A DNA stretch of 64,000 nucleotides from Pocillopora damicornis (GCF_003704095.1 NW_020844518.1:1-64000); one strand, 5' to 3'; shown: positions 15,087-29,094, counted from the stretch's first letter. Made by a program: numbers and translations. The notes: generated by a model from the letters alone, not told the origin.

Positions 15087-17681
15087 GCTTCTTTGCCTTC
15101 TTCTCCGTCAGCTTAAGTTTGCCTGCCGGTGAAAACTTCTGCTATAAACTGATGCTTCTCGTGGTCAAGCTGCTTCTTATAGTTTATCACGTCGACAATA
15201 CAATATGTAATTACAATAATAGTGTGGAAATGAGGTGATCATTCGGTTCCTATTCCGGTACATTTCGGGAAATGTCCTGTACTTATCGTACACCAAACAA
15301 TTTAACATATTGTGATATCTTCCGTGTGCAAGTTAAGTCTCTTCCTTTTGCGGTCGCAGAAGAAGGAAATCAGATCACACTCTTTACGACGTTACTGTGG
15401 TAACTTCAAGAGTTGCGATATTGCAGGAGCCTGAAATATCTGACCACCTCCTGTGACTACTTATAGCACGGCTTTTTTTCAGTTGTTTTTCTTTTAATCA
15501 AATTAAACTGAGATGAGCACTTATTAAACTGTGATCCCATGTCATTATTTTTATTAACTAGCATGTCAATTCTGCTATCGATTTGGTTTTCTGATCCACT
15601 TTGGTAGATTCAGATGAATCCTCAAAAACTACCGCCTTGTTAATGATAACAAGGAAGTACTACAACTCGACTGACATACTTAAATGAATTGATAAATTTT
15701 TTGGTTTACCGCGGAACTTAAAACATTCCTGAAGAATCGACCCACACAACTCATCTACCTACCGAGTGACGTATCCCTTTACATAACCGGGGTGGCCATA
15801 TCGAGAGAATTGCGTCACGATATTTAGACTAAACTGAATAATGTTGCTTTGTTTGTTTGGAATAATGGCTACCGAAGACTTGTTTAGATAAGATTAAAAG
15901 ATGCAGCTGTATTTTACCATCAACGAGGCAACGGAGACACCAAAAAGAAATCATTGTGTTATCGAAAGATTTACAGGAGGTTCCTTGTGGGAATACCCTG
16001 TATTTTAACTGATCAGTCCTTACCACACACATATTTCTTTCTATATGAAGAAAGGAGAATTAAACCACACTTTTCCTCATCAGTATGAATTTTCTGTACT
16101 TGCGGTAGGCAAGAACGATATGGAACCCATTTCTTCTCGAAAGCATACGATATCTCCTTTATATTGCATTGATAGTGAACTGAAAGCAGAAATATATAAT
16201 TCCACTTCTCCTGTAGTTTCTGTCATTCAAAACTAATATAATGCATTCTTTTTATTGAAAAAAGATTTCAAACGGACGGCTAAATGTGTTTTGTTTTACA
16301 GTTGTGTTTTGACTGAGTTAACACTTATGCAGAAATATACTTTTTTTCCATGATATTCCTTCAATGCATATTGGTCTAGTCTCCTAATTAGTCACCGAGT
16401 GTACCAGTTTTTCTTCACTTTTTACATTTGTTAAAATCTAATCTAGCAAAAATGACGTTTATAAAGGAGACGAATCATCATAACATGGTTAGATATAGCT
16501 GCTGACGATGGTAACGTACATGCAACATACCATGCAGTACTTTTGAGGTTACTTACATCAAAAGTATTCATAGAGAAGGTATAAGGCCAGGCGGTGAATA
16601 TTTCGCTCATTTTTTCTAGGTGATCTGAGTTGTGACATTTATAGTCTTTTCACAGTCCCTCTATCTACGCAATAGAACACATTTTCACAGGTTTTTAACA
16701 GTTATTAACCGATGAGGGATGTCGGGAGAACACGAGGAAAGCTTGTAACGCAAGTTTGTTTCCTGTAATTCTGAAATTCCAAAAAATTTGAATTCGCTGC
16801 AAGGTGAATTATATGTTTTATCATTATTATTATCCAGCCATGCTTTTTGATCGTACCGCTTCTATTATCTTATTATATCCTATTGTGAAGATATTTTGTT
16901 TCCCACTCAAGTTGATGGTGACACTGGTTTAGATGTTTAAGAGGGTCGTCACCCGTAACAAGAGGTAGAATAAAGCTTGGTTTTCACTCGCAATGCAAGC
17001 TTAAGCGCAAGCACAAACGCGCCCATAAGTTAAATATGCTAAACGAAAACGAACATCAAACAGCCCAAGCACAACAAGAAGAAAAAATTCAGATACTAGT
17101 CCTTGTACTTATGATTGTGTCGCGGCCTTTTTCACGGGAAAAGTGAGTTGCTGTCCTTGTGTTTGTCGCTAGTGGAAACCAGGCTTGAGTGCTGCTGAAA
17201 TCTGATATCACATTCAAGATTGTCCTCGCAGCAAAATGGTTAGTCATTACTCCATTGAAATAAAATATGATTAAATGCAAGCAAACTGCGTAATATTTAT
17301 TGCTTAGACCTATTGTAACCAAACCAGCAAATCAGAGAGGAACTGAATAAAGGTGACTAAAATATCTCGATTCATATTATTCCGCCGATTACGTTCCGAC
17401 GTGAAATCGCGGAAGTAATGCCATGTAAATCTAGCTAAAATGGTGGAAAGTAAATGAAATGAAAGAGTTACTAAAGAGTGACTCTTTTTAATTTTGAGGT
17501 TGTTATGAAATCTCTGGGGACCGTGCCGACCCATTTTTATTAACATAAAGATATACGGCCAAACAAATGGATGTGACTGTCAAGGAAGGGGATTTGGACA
17601 TTTTTTCAACTTAAACTCAAAATTTTAGAGCATAACGCGGTGTCGTATAGTCAAATTTTTGCCATTTTGTTGCGTCATAGA

Positions 17682-17781
17682 NNNNNNNNNNNNNNNNNNN
17701 NNNNNNNNNNNNNNNNNNNNNNNNNNNNNNNNNNNNNNNNNNNNNNNNNNNNNNNNNNNNNNNNNNNNNNNNNNNNNNNNN
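17682..17781. other. Assembly gap (100 N)
   Basis: Run of N. Confidence 0.99.
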
Positions 17782-20700
17782 AAGGAAAGGAAGGATTGGA
17801 ATACTGGAATACAGCAAAAGAAAGTCTGTTTTGATATGAAGACGTCTCCGAATAAGGCCGCCATTTTTTCTTCGCGTTTCATGGATCTTACTACCTGTGA
17901 GCCCGAGTGGCCTATTTCCCGCGAAAAAATATTCTGAAAATAAACCGTTCTGTGAACCGTTCCGTTCATTGTCTCAGTATGAGAGTTGAATGTTCCAAGT
18001 AGCGGCATTAAATAGTCTAAGACAATGATATAAAGAGAGGTATTAGTCAGCGTTCTCATTGTTCTGACGTCTGTCAAGTTTATGTCAAAAGCACATCAGT
18101 ATAAGGATTTGTAGCCAATGCTTCTCGACCTACGTCTCTAGCGAATTAAAAGACGCTGATCAATATTAGCGAGCCCGCAATGTGCTATGAATATCGGTCA
18201 GAGGATTCTTTGGTGCAACACCTGTCACTTAAACATCTCTACGTGAATGTCAGCTCTGACAACAATGCACCAGCGCAGTTAAACGATTGCATCGAAGGTT
18301 TATTACATTTAGGACTTTATTACATTTAGGACAGTTATTACATTTAGGCCTTACTCACCACATACCTCAATTATTAGGACATATTGGGCTACAAAATGTG
18401 AAAGTAGGAATGAAAGCAAATTTTGGGTGACTTGCCGCAGTTTGTCTGATGTATGTTGACATTAGCTCTTAAAAAGGCGCTCGTAGACAGAATATCGATG
18501 TTGCTGTTTAAGGACGTTTAGCTCTGTGTTAATTAATTCAGTTTTCCAGCTACTCCAATATGAGAAGCGATAAGGTTTTGAGGTAAAGCCTAATAACCAA
18601 ATCGACCTTAACAGAGTAGTGAGGATCGTAAAAAAACAAGGAGTTCCTACATCAACCAGCAAAAGTAGTGCATTGCAAAATCATTCATGCAGAACCGCAG
18701 CTCTGTTTGTTTAGGTACAGAATTCTGATTAATTGTTATTACGTTTTTTTAAGCCGGGTTCTTGCAATGCATTTCAGTAGGGAACTCTATGATTTAGCTT
18801 ATTATTTATTCATTTATCTAGTCTGTCCATCCATTAATCCATCCATTCATCCATTCACCTATCTATTAATTAATTAACTAATTCATTTGTTTTGAACCTG
18901 CTTGAATCCAAAACCAATCAAGCTTTGACCCCTGGTTGTTTTGTTTTTTTAAAGTACATATCACGTGAGAGTACTCGAGAGATTACTGAAAATTGGTCTC
19001 ATTCAGATTTCACGTGATCTATTAAGTATAATTATTTTTTGAGGACATTTTCCAACTTGCTATTTCTGGCATTTTCATGTCAATCATCGAGTATTCACAT
19101 AGAGGTTTAGCAAAAACATCCCAACTTTTATTTGAGTTCATTTTATTTTAGTCCGCCATATGAGCATTCCTACTTCTTTCGCGGCCCTAACTCAGAAAAT
19201 TCGACCTAATAATGTATTACTTGGATAATTTTGATTAGTAAATAGAACTTGCTAAATGAAAGTTGGCCAACGAGAGCGAATGCGAATAATTTCTTCGTTG
19301 TTTATGAAAAGGAATGCTTAACCAAAGCAATTTTAAAAATAAAAGTAAAATACCAAAAATGTTTCATTTGGAAAGGAAAAATAAAGAAAGTTTCCCATAA
19401 ACTCGGGATCTAATGGTATTTCGATGACCCTTTCAAAGTATTTTGCTCGTACTAATCAACGTCCCTTTGATTTCGTGTCTGCTTTCCAGGGATATCGATA
19501 CTTATTTTGACCCACAAAAATATATATTTCAGTAGTAGAAGGGCTTTTACGTTTCTATATAGTGTCATCTGCACACGAGTGGTGTTAGAAGAATTCTCGC
19601 AAGTTCAGGAAACGCTTAACTGCGTCTTGAGAACATTCGAGAATTCTCCCAGCCCCCTCTCAACCAAGGACGGAAGGAAGTTTAACGGAATTAGATTATA
19701 ACTAACTTTCAGAGTGACTTTTCTTTACGTAGAAAAAAAAATACTGAAGTGGTGTGTTGAGAGCAAGAATGAACTTTTTTTGAGAAAAATGTTCGTTGAT
19801 ATCACTTTCTAAACGTCGTTAGAAAGTTTAAATAGCAACAAATAGGAAGGCTTTCAGGTTGGCGAGGTTTTTCTGGGAAATAAACAACAAACGACCAGTA
19901 TTTTAGAGCTATTGATCTTCTTTAGTATTATCTATTTGTCAGGTTACAGTTTTTACCTTCAGCTTTACTTGCCTTTCAGCTTGTAACCTAATTTTTTTTC
20001 GTTTAGCTAAAATCTTTCGTCCACTAGAACGTCGTCAGAATTCGAGAATGCAATAAACTCCTGTCCTTTATAGATTGTTTTAAGATAGGATACCATCATG
20101 TACGAGTTCACGACAGATCTTTGTCTGTAGCCATGCACGGCATGGAGAATAGTGATGAGATCCGAGTTACGATGCTTCAACGGTGTCTTCTTGAGCTCCT
20201 TGGGGATGTTTTCATTAAATTATGGAAAAACTAGGGCATTATTCCTCCGAAAGGCAACATTTCAAGCAAGGTTTCCCTTTATAAATCACAAACATGCTTT
20301 CACCTAACTGCGTGAAATATCTTTTGCCTTTAAGCCACTAACACGTAGGCTTACTTTTAAGGTTTTTACATTTACGGAACGCATTCATTCCTTCGTTCGC
20401 TCAAGAATAAGTCTGAAGTATGATTACATTGTGGCAACATAATAACATTCTCGGACTTAGCGACGCAAGCAGAATTCACATTAATTTGGTTTCATGAAGC
20501 AGAACGTCCTAAAAGATCGATATATCATCACGCTGTTTATGTGGAGATGAAGACCTAACAGCACAGTAGGAATATAACATGATAAACATTGCAACAATTA
20601 CAAAGAGGTAATTTTTTTCTTTGTGTCGTCTTGATACGATTGTGTTGCAGGTGCGAACCAAGCTTTCCTTAAAGCTACGTTAACTATTTCGTTATTTTTT

Positions 20701-20834
20701 CTTCATTACAGAGTTTATTTTAGGACTTAATTAAACTTCTTATCGTGCAATTAACCCTTAAAGTCAACCGCTAAATATGGTTCTTATCTCGCTTGTGCCT
20801 TAGGGTTTTAAGAACTATTTCTTCTTCTCCTTGC

Positions 20835-23800
20835 TCAACAGACTTTGCAGCTTTTCTTGCATTTGTTTTTTATTCTTCTCCTCCTTCTGCAGCGGCGTAT
20901 CCAAGACCGACGACGACATTTGCGTGACCTGTCTTTGCAAGTTGCTGAGAGGTGGAAAAGGAGAAAAGATGTTTGAACCAAATAAAGTTACTCTAAAGTT
21001 AAATTAAAAATTCAGCAATTACAAAATTGAATTCCGCTTAGCTAGATCTTAAACGGAAAGTGAGTTAAGACTGGCGGCATAAGATTCTATTTACTATTGA
21101 GATTTATGTTCAACCAATGTAACAACAACAGTAACAACGTTTTCCCTCAAAACTCTTTCGAAAAGATATCTAAAAAGGCCGAGTTATTACTTAACAGGCT
21201 TCTTTTTCACCTTTGGGCTTAGGTTTGGCCTTGGGTGTGGGCTTGAGTGTGGTCTTCGGGGTAGGCTTGGGCGTGGCCTTGGGCGTAGCCTTGAGCGTGG
21301 CCTTGGGCGTGGCCTTGGGCGTGGCCTTGGACGTGGGCTTTGATGTGGCGTAAAGTGTGGGCTTGGGTGTGGTCTTTGGCGTAGGTTTGGGTGTAGCCTT
21401 AGGCGTTGACTTTGAAGTGGGCTTGGGCGTGGGCTTCGGTGTGGGCTTGGGCCTCCTTGCACACTCTGCTTTGTACAAAAGGTTCGCCTGTTTTGCATCA
21501 ATGGAACTTAATCCTTTTCGTTGGCCAATAGTAACCTGGAAAAAATGAAGAAAGTTTCTGTTAAAAAAGGGAAACATAATTCTCATGGTCCCATAAGTTT
21601 GCAGATCTGTGGAGCTGGATGTGTTTTCGTATGCCAATCTATCGGGCTTAGTATGGATAAGGCCTCGCTCATGTGCTGGTCACGTGATTCAGAGAACGTT
21701 CCCCGTGTGGTATATGTGCATATCCAAAAATGGTCATGCTGTCACTAATCTGTCAAGCGAAGATCGCTTTCATATTTATTTCTCAAAAACTGCTGGTAAC
21801 CTATGTGATATATACAATGAGAGAATATGAACAGGTTCCCTTGAGACTATAACCTGTGATAAGTTCTATTTTAAGAAGCAGTTTTTGCAGTTACACGGCG
21901 CATTTACTGAGGCCGAATGTGGCTGGAGTGCTCATTAATTCATTAATTGAATGTCAGGTAAGGAAAGCAAGAAACGGTTGTAAGAAATAACCACGCTTCT
22001 ATTTTTCTATCCTGAGTAACGTACCCCTGATTTTTTAGCAACTATTGTAGGTTTTCCATTCCTACTGAAAGCTGTACCCCTATAATGCATTAGACTTCCA
22101 TAGTCGTATGGTGTGCCGAGTGAATCGATTTTTCCTCTGCTGTATTTATAAAAATTAGATTCCATCCCTGTAATCGAATAAAATATACAGCCCGTTAGAA
22201 AAGAACTGCAGTTAAAGCGAGGCACAATTTTCATAGTTTTTGTAAAAGTAATATTTCAAACGACAATCCTTTTAGATGATGTAGCCAATCACGTCCACAG
22301 ACCTTGAAGTTGGCCATTAAGTTGACTTGGAAACTTTCGCTGGCACTTGTTTTTCTAAGTCAAGTTTTATTCATTGACTCTTTGTAATCACGAACGTGCT
22401 TTTTTTTCTTCTTTTCGAAATAGTCACCTAAAACCAAAGTTGTTTTTGATTCAGTAAGCTCATTACATCTTTATTTACCGAGTTTGGACTCCAGCCTCTA
22501 GCATTAGGAGTTTACCAATAGTTACCTGAAACTATATTAGCACGATTAATCCTGATGAACTTATCTCTGTCAGGACGGGACTGCTCATGGTAAAATCCGA
22601 TAGCGTGACCTGGAAAAATTTAGACATTTACATTTAGAGCGTAACTCTCATCATAGGATGGAAAGGAGTAAAATGGGGCGGAATGGAGTGGAATAGAATA
22701 GAATGCAATGGACTGGAGTGGAATATAATGGAATGGAGTGATTGAAGTGACATGTGGTGGAATGGAGTGGATTGGAGTGGATTGGAGTGGTATGGAAAGG
22801 AGTGGGATGGAATGGAGTGGAATAGATTGAAACGGCATATAACGGATTAAAATCGGCTGAAATGAAAGTGGGATGGAATAAAATGGAGTACAATAGAGTG
22901 GAATGAAATGGAATTGAGAAAATGGAGCGGAATGGAATAAAACAGAGTGGAATCGAGTGATATGGAATGAAGCACTACGGAGTGGAACTGAGTAGAATGG
23001 AATGGAATAAAGTGAAACGGCATATTATGGATTGAAATAGGCTGAAACGAAAGTAGAATGAAGTAAAATGGAGTAGAATGAAATGGAATTGAGAAAAATG
23101 GAAGTAGAATTGAGTGGAGTGAAGTGGAGTGGAATGGAGCGAAATGTGGTGACCTTGGATGGAAATAAAAAGAATGGAATGCATACAAATTAAAGATTAT
23201 TGAATAATATTAAAATTGCACATTTTAGTAAGCAATTTGCAATATTCAAGAACAGTCAACCCTATTTGCTGTTTTGTATGATTGTCGAGTGATGCGATAT
23301 TTCAAATATACTTACATTTCTTTCTAGTTCTCTCTTGTAATTTCTGGTTGTAAGTCTCATATAACGTACCACTGTGTGTGAAATTACGTTTTCGACAGTT
23401 CGCCATCGGCTTGGACAAAATTTACGTACCCATAGAACTAAGGAAATATTTTTAATCAGGGACCTATACCGCCGCGTGTGAGCTTTTATTAAAAAAAAAA
23501 ATAAAAAAACAAAAAAATCCCCGTAAGGGAGCTGCACGGGGAGGCGTACGTAGAGCCACGATGAGACCCCGCTAGATACAAAATATAATAAGAAGCATGT
23601 GATCAACTGCTTATTGACCGAGTAAGGTCACGCCAGACGCGTAATATTTGGTTCTTAGTCATCACGCGTGGACCTCGCCGCGATCGATGCAAAAAAAGCC
23701 GAAGAATTTTGTTTTTTAGTAAATGCTTCTCTTCGTTTCTCACACCATCAGTTTGTCAAATGATATTAGCGAAATTGTTAACACCCGGAAGACACTCTAC

Positions 23801-26800
23801 ATTTCTTTCTCTTGGAATTAAATCTTTGTAAATTTGATGCTGCTATTTGATAACAGTTCATAGAATAAGAGTCACCTATTTCATGAGAACAGATGCCCTT
23901 GTGCCAGCATCCTGGTGCGAGAAAAATATCTTGGCGCCTACCAATTCTTCCCACATATGATGCACATCTGTAATATAAACGGTTTTGATGAAAACTTTTT
24001 TCAACAGCTGCACGTTGTAAAATATATCGTTATCTACTTAAATTGATGACCGAAAATTAGGGATAATCATTACGGGGTAATCTTAAACTGCGGCCTATCT
24101 GTTTGACCAAGCTTCTGCGTGTTTAACACAGCCTGGCCGACGTTTTAGATTTTCCCTCAACGACCAACCAAACATTCAAACACAACAACAACAGGGTGAA
24201 TACAAACAAAAGGAAACCAAAACCCTTTTGAAGTAATTGTTTCACTGATAAACAAGATAAATTATTCCAGGGTGGGTGGGAAGGGTGGGGGATGGGAAAG
24301 GAACATGTTGGCTAATTCATCCTTACAGGGAACACTTTAATTGTTGAAAAATGAACGATACGTTAATTATTCTTGATTTGATTGACATTTATAAGCGATT
24401 TCATTTATCTACACATAATCAAACATACATGTATGTGGCACGTATTTTATCGCTCCATATATGGCACTGTTGCACGTGCTTACAACGGAGCGTTTAATGT
24501 GTGTCCTTTGGGAATAAGCCGGGAGCTGTGTGAGGGAGTTAACCGAAGCGTTGTGGTAGGATCGTTAAATCAAGGGAATAAGCGTGACATAACAAGGAGC
24601 GTGGAAAAGCTTTTTCAAGTTTTCGACACAACACAATGAGCTAAGAAAATTATATCGGAAAGAAATAACTAACACCAATGACTACAGCAAAACCACCTGA
24701 AGCGAAAAATAAACAAAAACAAACCAGCAAACAAAAAGGAAACTGTACACTTACATAGAGGAACAGAAATTTATCATTTAATAACGCTTACCCTCTGCCA
24801 TATCTGAAGAAAACGTAAGCTTTCTGACTAAGGCTTGTTCTTCTCTTAAACTGAATACAGGTTTTTGAGGTCCAGTCGGCCATCCCAGCTCTGATGGCAG
24901 ACATCGCTCGGGAATAGCGACCTTCAAAAAAAAAAGGGGTTATTTCTAGTCTAATGACAACGTTTCCCCAGCTTTTTTATATCGCGTCTTAAAACGCAGA
25001 GGAGTCCCATCCAGCTATAATCCATTGTTATTAAAACTAATTTTTGAGAAACACATTGATAAAGACAAGGCTTTTGCGATGATTTTTTTTTCACATGATG
25101 AATTTACGTGGAGTCCATAAACTTAAAGATCTCATATATTTTTTTGAGTTATTGTGAAATATTCAATTAGACTATAGTTTCAGGACATACTATGAGCTAG
25201 ACTTAGTAATAGGTTTACAATGTGACATGAACTAACTGAGGCTTGGAGAGATCTGATAGAGGACGACTCCCTTAGGCCATAATTTGGATCTCGACGAGGC
25301 TCTTTTGTGGCGAATCCCATCAATATCTAATCCTTCTTCTGCTCTTTCCCGCTGCTCCTCCGGAAGTAGCATGTCTCCTTCAAAAAGACTGGAGTTCCTC
25401 AAGCCAAAATTTTCTGAGGACAGGCAAGCATGAATCAGTTAGTGCCATACTGTATTTTACAAAGTTGTGTTATATTCTTCTCACTGAAGTTTTTGCTTAT
25501 CAATCTTCCCTCTTTACTGTTAAAATTGAGGAGGAAAAAATACAAGGAATCACCGCCAAGTCCAGGCGTGGGGTTGGCCCAGGGATATGACGTTTTCGAA
25601 GCAGTTTTTGATAGATAGTATTACGAGCAGAAGTATGTTTAGTGAGACGTCTGCATGACGGCCAACCTCGATCTGATGTTCTGTGAAAACGATGAAATGG
25701 CAAACGTCTTAGACGAAGGACTCAGAAAAGAAAGGAAATAGCAAAATATCTAAAATTAATGGTTACTTTTAATTACAGTATGAGAAATGACAACCTTCTA
25801 AGACAAAAGATTCAGAGAAAGAGAGGAAATAGCAAAATGTCTAAAATTGATGGCTATTGTTATTTACATTATATATGGTGAAGTTTTTACTCTGACAACG
25901 GAAAATCGCGACGGGTTCCTCCTAGGGAAACAAAGTGACAAAGAAAGTTTATTGTGAAATTCTGCTTCACTGGATCGATAAAAATCACACTTGCTATCGT
26001 ACTCAGAAAACCAAGAAGAAGGAAAATCGGGAATATAAGAAAGATATTCCAATATAGTATTTAAGCTGTCCACAGACTTCTGAATACCACAGTAACAGAG
26101 TGTTTTACATTTTATATCAGTTGTGCGGAACTAATTTAAGGCTCTTGAATATTATTACTTGAAGGAGCTCTATTGTTGCTGTTTCTTTTTCTTTACTAAT
26201 TTTTTTTGAGAATGTCATCTAGCTTTAAATGAGTACGAACACTCACAAGGCACTCGATAACACCACTCTTAAGGTAAGGCTATATTTGGAAAGCCGGGGC
26301 TATGAATGGAGGAGAGCATTGTTGCTGTGTAGAAATTATGTATCCATTGCTCAGCACTGGAAATCTGAACTGAGAGGCGATGAGTTTCAAGCCAATCTTG
26401 CAATGTTGAATTTGAAGCTTTGTAATTGTTAAGTGCTTTGACCGATGAACGTGGACAGCGCCCCGAAAACGATGACTCGATGACATCAATACAGCAACAA
26501 AAACGAGAGTCGTGACTCACAGTGTATTTTGTATCTTAGGAGCCCAGAACGCTTTACTTTATGTAATTATTTTGTCACGAAAGGTACATTTAGGAAGGAT
26601 GAGCTCAGGATTGCTATTTTTATTTAACACAATAGGAGAAAAAATAGTTGAGTATCAGATCTGTATTATGTATCGATATGAACCACTTTTTGTCGAATGA
26701 TTGCCCCAATATCCAACCTCGAGTAGCACTTATGACAGAAGTGACGGCAGTACCCTTACCCTAATACAACAGTATTAGATATATTCATCTGGGTTTGAAT

Positions 26801-28600
26801 GGTAGGCTGATTTCAGTGGAATAAAAAAAAACAGAAGTTCTTCGGGTCAAGGTTGAAAGAAACAGTGACGGCAGTTTGTTAAGAGCTTGATGCAAATGGC
26901 TAAACGAAGGCAAATATTTAAGAAAAAAATGAAAATTCCAGTCACCATTCTGCAACTTTAGGCTTAAAAGCAGAGAAAAACAAAACTTGAATTTCTATCA
27001 GCTGGCTAATCATACCGAATTGAGCTTCCCTGGTGGACAAGGACCTAATTCAATTTAAGCACTTTTAGAGAACCAATTCGACCCAAAAATCTATTCAAAA
27101 TAATGATGATAAATCATAATAATAAAAATAATGTTAACAACAACAATCTTATTTACAGTAATTATAATAATAATAATAATAATAATTATTATTATAATAG
27201 TAAACCGATATTAATACAGCAAAGACATCTAGAAACTATCGTGATTTCAAGACAAATCGATTTGCTTTTAAATCCTTTAGTTTCAGTGTCTTATCTCATG
27301 CTTGTGTGATAACTTTTCCAACTGCTCATTTTATTTCGAGGTGCTGATGTTAACTCAAACTCAAGAACTGGTATCTCTTTTATGTTCTTTCTCAGTCTAT
27401 TTATCTTTAAATCATTGCTTTATATGAAGAGATACAACAAGGCTGAACTTTAACCTTGTTATTGCGTTTGATGAACAAAACATGTTGCAAACGAACGGAA
27501 TCCAAAACTCGTTGAAAGGTTTACCGCAAATCAGTTTAAATTATTTCTGAAATCGATGCGTCAATTGCGATATGGTTTGTGGACTAGACACCAATCAAAT
27601 AAAAGACACGTGTGGAAAACATTTCTTTTTGTGAAAAGGAAAGAAACATCAGGTTTGAGTGGCTGTTGCTACTTTGCACTCTAAAAAGAAGACAAGTACT
27701 GTGCCTTAAGGGCACCCATTTATCGCATTTAAAAGCCAGCTTTTGCATGATGAATGGAGATCGTGCTCTTGCTAGAGGTGTAAGTAATTATCTTAGCCTT
27801 TAGCGTGCTTAAATATTCTGAATCAATTCTACGCAACTTCAAATCATATAACATTGAAAGAATCAGCCGAAACTGGGACTTATCCGGAAAGTTCACGAGG
27901 CAATATAGGAGTATTTTTTCTTATCCTGTTTTTCTCACAATAATCATTAATTCTTACATCCTTTTAATGCCAATGCGAAGAAGCAGAATCAAGTTATTCG
28001 ATCTTCTACCTTTGGAAATCTTAGTTTAAGCTCAAAAATGCATTGAGCTTTTTACTAGTAAGATCAAGAAACAGTTTATAGGATTGTTTGAATATTCTAT
28101 GCCACGCATGAAGTGTTGGAAATCCGTAAAAAAGCATCAGTAATATTGATAATGATAGAACCTGAGCAACTTTCTATGAAAACAATGATTCATCAAATAA
28201 ATTTGATTCTTCTTGCAATCTTTGTAATGTGGCCCATGATGAAATGTTTGTAGGTTCCAAGATTGACGATTATTATCTAAAGTTATGAAAAAACAAGCTT
28301 TTTTCAATGTTGAGTCTTGCCGTCAGGCAATTGGCAACAATCACGAATGCATATTACTATGTGATACAAACTTTGCCGGGTTATCCATGATTCGAATGGA
28401 AAATTTTCATTTAAAGCTTAATCTCACCGATTTTGAAGGTAATCTACGGTAAACCCGAAAGGAAAAATAGTTAAAGGCACCGATAAACAGTTTCATAACT
28501 TGAACAAACTCAAACTCATAAAGCAATTAAGCTTACCGTCAGGATTATGTACAGCGGCAAAGCCAGTGTTGATCAATAAAAGGACGCTAATGCACCTCAT
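20835..28600 (-). CDS. Astacin-like metalloprotease gene C with Pro/Lys/Thr repeat linker and polycationic ShKT domain (374 aa)
   Basis: Exons (minus): 28537-28600 ([21 protein letters not shown]), 25237-25413 (FEGDM...[15 protein letters not shown]), 24792-24921, 23876-23967 ([30 protein letters not shown]), 22526-22609 ([16 protein letters not shown]), 22025-22167 (YDYGSLMHY), 21211-21535 (IGQRKGLS...C plus PKPT repeats), 20835-20944 ([35 protein letters not shown]). Total 1125 nt in frame. AATAAA at 20714-20719. Confidence 0.92.
21212..21451 (-). repeat. Coding 12-bp tandem repeat (20 tetrapeptide units, PKPT/PKAT-like)
   Basis: Translation [80 protein letters not shown]. Confidence 0.95.
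22667..23180 (+). repeat. (GGAAT/GGAGT)n pentamer array with internal higher-order duplication, gene C intron 4
   Basis: Degenerate tggaa/tggag pentamers. The segment gaaacggcatat...ggaattgagaaaa recurs at about 22830 and 23014. Confidence 0.9.
27107..27200 (+). repeat. (AAT)n / (ATT)n microsatellite
   Basis: aataataataataataataattattattat. Confidence 0.8.
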
Positions 28601-28698
28601 CTTCTGAAGACATAAATCTGACTCAGTTGACTTGAGCTCTGACTACTGCTAAACGAGATCTTTTCGTAAACGAAATGCAGCAAACACAATTTCAGAAC

Positions 28699-28704
28699 TT
28701 TATA
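28699..28704 (-). promoter_or_regulatory. Candidate TATA box of gene C
   Basis: TATAAA on the minus strand about 100 nt upstream of the ATG. Similar placement in D (38414-38421) and B (TATAAG 15176-15181). Confidence 0.45.
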
Positions 28705-29094
28705 GTCATCCGAGCATTCAACATCAATTTATATCGGCTTGTCACGTATTGAGTCAATACTGATCTCTTTTAATTGCAACAAAAATGCATTTATTTAAAA
28801 CTACTTATTGGCCTCACGTTTCAGTGTTGAAGTGATACGTCATTCAAAAGCATTCCGGAAAACAAATAAACATATCAAAAATGACTGATGATAAAAACGA
28901 GCTTGTCATGTCGGTTTGCTTAATAGTTCTCTAGTTGATCTTAAAGTCGTAAATAATGTCTATTCCCACAAATCATATAAGTTAAATTTGAGCAGATTTT
29001 AATTCTGCCCATTTATAAAATTAATGTTTACATGTTTGACGTCTTTTTGGAGTCAACAAGTGGCCTTTTATGTTAGAGAAAGTGCAGAGTGGAG

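Noticed and set aside
18299-18351. Three ttattacatttagg repeats as a CRISPR-like array
   Set aside because: Spacers are only 3-4 nt, there are no cas genes and the context is eukaryotic. More likely a transposon subterminal repeat.
21191-21210. Gene C ending at GEKEAC* by read-through of the exon 7 donor
   Set aside because: A phase-1 donor (AAAG|GTGAAA) joins in frame to a complete ShKT exon as in the other paralogs. Read-through remains possible only as a minor isoform.
22620-23188. ORFs rich in FHSIP/STP as proteins
   Set aside because: They are translations of the GGAAT pentamer repeat
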